DNA from: Octopus bimaculoides | Taxonomy: Eukaryota | Direction: 5' to 3' | Assembly: GCF_001194135.2 (NCBI RefSeq) | Contig: NC_068999.1 | Coordinates: 18,252,244-18,290,031, forward strand | DNA: 37,788 bases | Shown: in pieces, positions 34,701 to 37,788 of the stretch | How positions within the stretch are numbered: position 1 is the first letter of the stretch | Layout of the letters: every line of letters begins with the position of its first letter | Position numbers and translations under genes: made by a program | The notes under the pieces: generated by a model | Seen by the model: only the letters and a program-made list of their open reading frames with translations | Database searches by the model: none | Told to the model about the DNA's origin: nothing

Positions 34701-35972
34701 ACACCCCTTCTTCCAAACACTTTCCTTCTTCATACATTTCGGTCTTCCGTCAAATTTTCGTCTGATGGAGGACTGGTTTGCGAAACGTCAGAACTAGTTT
34801 TATGGGGTAAGCTAATGCAACATTTGCAAAAATCTGTCGATTCTGTGCCGTCCTCCTTTCATTTTGCATTCATTGTGTTCATAGTATCGTCTTTTGATCA
34901 TCATGACGTAAAAGTGAATCCGCAAAATTTCTAGATGGCGAAATCATAATAAAAAAACAACAAGGTTATTTTTAAGCGATCACTCAACCTGCTAACACCT
35001 CCAGCTGATTACGTACGCCTATCTACAAAAAAACAAAAGAAAAAAAACAACAACAAGTCACATGAAGCGCACTTGGTTTCCCTACATGTATGAATCTATG
35101 GGCTTTTTATCACTGGAAGTACATTAAATATACTTCTATTACATGAGCAGTAACATTGAGGTCATGTATCATAAGCAGTAAAATTAACGCTACAGTCAGT
35201 AATGATTCGATGTACGCTAAATTATTTTCTTCTTACAATAAAGACCACGAAAATATTCGTTACAAACCTTTTGATACAAGATCGAAACCTCTTGGTACAG
35301 GATCGCTAAATTTAACTGATTACACTTTTAGTCTCCAAATAACATGAAAGCTGTTCTGAGTTGGAAAACTCACCCATTCTGCAGTCGTAATCTTTAAAAT
35401 TGTCAACATATGGGAAAGCTATTTGTTATACCAGCATATATACTTTGCATTCATATTTGCTAAGAATTAAGTCAACGTGTGATTTAAGGAATATACAAGG
35501 TTTCTTAATGGAAATATTAACAACGCCTGAAAGAAAACTGCAACATGCTATAAGAAACAACAAATTTGTGACAAACTCCTTTTTTTTTTCAGCAGGAGAT
35601 TTCAGACATTCATTGTTATTCAACGTGCGATACAAGCAGTGCAGCAAGGAGTTGCTTAAGTAACCAAATCGTTTCAATAAGCAAAGCAATTTATTGTATT
35701 ATATTTATGAATCTAGGTAAATATCAAGTTTCATGGATATTTATTTTGTACTACTTAATTTGCAAACAAAATAGAATAACAATATATTCGCAAAAACGAA
35801 TTGCATTGAAAAACGTCGGACGAATGGTCCTACAAAATATTATGGAGATCTGCAAAGATTAATATTAGTTACAAACGAAATTCTATCGATCAAATCACTA
35901 CAGTTTTGGCAGAAGCCTACTGATAATATCTCCTGAAGTAAGCATTTAAAAATTTACACACGGAAAGACATT

Positions 35973-36015
35973 GTTCCAGCATGGTCCCAGATTTGGCTGA
36001 AACTAGTAAAAGAAG
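35973..36015 (+). mobile_element. Isolated SINE family 1-like 3' tail
   Basis: gttccagcatggtcccagatttggctgaaactagtaaaagaag resembles ctccagcatggccacagtcaaatgactgaaacaagtaaaagag (reverse complement of ~4822-4865). Confidence 0.5.
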
Positions 36016-36755
36016 ACAAGGACACAAACCTGGATGCCATTTCTGTTATATGAAAGGTAGAGTGTGTGACTACTGAATGCAAGCAATATATTTATTAATT
36101 TGCTGTGGCATGGGATATTTAGTTTCCAGAACACAAAGTTCTTGCTGAAAATCAGTAGTCGATGTCAGCTAATTTGATAGCAGCAGATTTTCATCCCACT
36201 GAAATCGTGGAGACGGTGGCCATTTACGTCAAAATGGGGATTCTGATCGATGGCTAGCTTTTGTTTGGAAACGGGTGTGATGAATATACCTGACTAGATT
36301 GGTATTTGTAGGCGGTGGTGGTATGAGACGTGGTAGTAGGCGATGATAGTATTAGTGGTACGTGTCGTGGTATTTGTAGATGAAAATGTTGAGGTAGGCA
36401 ACGATAACGATCATCGTCATAATAGTAATTGTATCGGTCGCGGCTGGGGGCGCACTTTGTAGTGTCAGGCAATAATACCATTCATCGTCGTAGTAATCAC
36501 GACGTGGGTTGTGGTAACGGTCGAAGTGGGTATGATTTGTAAAGGAGTCAGTGACCCAACTCGGTCGGTGATTGAACTGTGGCTTAAGTAGGTGAATCAA
36601 CAGAGATTTCCTATATTTCACGTGGCAAGTATGCAGGTTTCTATCTCGTGGTTGGGCTTGTGGTAGGAAGACACAAGTTTTGTCATGTGTTCCTATGGAA
36701 ATGTATACATACATATACATATGTTTATATACATACATATATATATATATATATA

Positions 36756-36823
36756 NNNNNNNNNNNNNNNNNNNNNNNNNNNNNNNNNNNNNNNNNNNNN
36801 NNNNNNNNNNNNNNNNNNNNNNN
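36756..36823. other. Assembly gap (N run)
   Basis: N run. Confidence 1.
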
Positions 36824-36860
36824 TATACATACACATAAATACACACACACACACACACTT

Positions 36861-36900
<40 letters not shown>

Positions 36901-37741
36901 GCATGCGTGTCTATGATTATATCTTACGGCAGAGAAAGATCAATTAATGAATGCGAAGTAGTTATGTAAACTTGTTTTTAGAGTCTGATGATATTTACTC
37001 CACTTAATATCATGATAATAGGTAAAAGACGCTATAGAAATAGTCCTTTTATTTCCATCACCGTATAAACCACCGAACGCTACATATTAAGATTACCTTA
37101 CTTCATTCGTAATCCAATCCAATTGACAAGAAATAACTATTGAAACATCGAAAGCGAAATATGAAGTCTTAATTATATGGATTCATTCAACGTCAATGAT
37201 ACATTTGAAACTAAACAGTTTCAATGTTTCATATTCTTGAATCCTTGAACTGTTGATAATATAATTAGCATCTACCAAATCCCGGTAAACTGAACGTGAT
37301 CTAAGAAGTATAAGCGTGCATTTATCTGTTGTTATTTTGCTATTAAGCTCAAATACATGCTAAGCCATTTAGGGTATTTCATCGTAGCGAGAGATATTAT
37401 TTTCCTTTAGGTTATTATATTCTATCAGAAATCGATACATAAATCACTGTTAGCATATAAATGTCAAAAGAGCGTAGCTTTTTATTTTGGCAACGCAGAT
37501 TTGCTGAAGTGCCATTTGCGCATACATTCGTACACACATATTCACATATACGCGCACAAACACATACGCACACACATACACAGACGCACGCATGAACACA
37601 CACTTATATGTATGTATATACATATACATACATATATAAATATATCTATATACTCACACATATGCACACACAGCATTCACATATATACTTATATCGTTGT
37701 ACGTATATTTCTGTGTGCATTATATATCATACCTACGCTCA

Positions 37742-37743
<2 letters not shown>

Positions 37744-37788
<45 letters not shown>
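37744..37788. repeat. (CT)n then (TA)n microsatellite
   Basis: Direct. Confidence 0.95.

Overview
This is AT-rich, microsatellite-saturated animal genomic DNA with eight assembly gaps, each bordered by (TA)n/(CA)n tracts. The repeat types look like those of a coleoid cephalopod, probably Octopus; this is an inference from SINE and repeat resemblance, not a database match. I found no intact protein-coding gene, tRNA or rRNA, and almost all listed ORFs are microsatellite or gap read-throughs. The window holds a stack of decayed mobile elements: (1) several tRNA-derived SINEs of about three families; (2) an internally deleted Ty3/Gypsy element with LTR-PBS-PR/RT stub-PPT-LTR and a SINE in its 5' LTR; (3) three co-oriented, mutually divergent R4/Dong-type (RLE) non-LTR retrotransposon fragments around (TAA)n tracts; (4) a DD37D (maT-type) Tc1/mariner remnant; (5) inverted TTAGGG-like arrays. 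The most notable signal is at the RNA level. A complete minimal type I hammerhead ribozyme lies at 13101-13145, inside a long extended hairpin within a ~340 bp non-coding element. A hammerhead-like variant occurs in a 152 bp unit arranged as inverted plus tandem copies inside (TAA)n at 14380-14728, and two or three degenerate hammerhead relics occur elsewhere. Together these point to Penelope-like/retrozyme-like self-cleaving retroelements at this locus.
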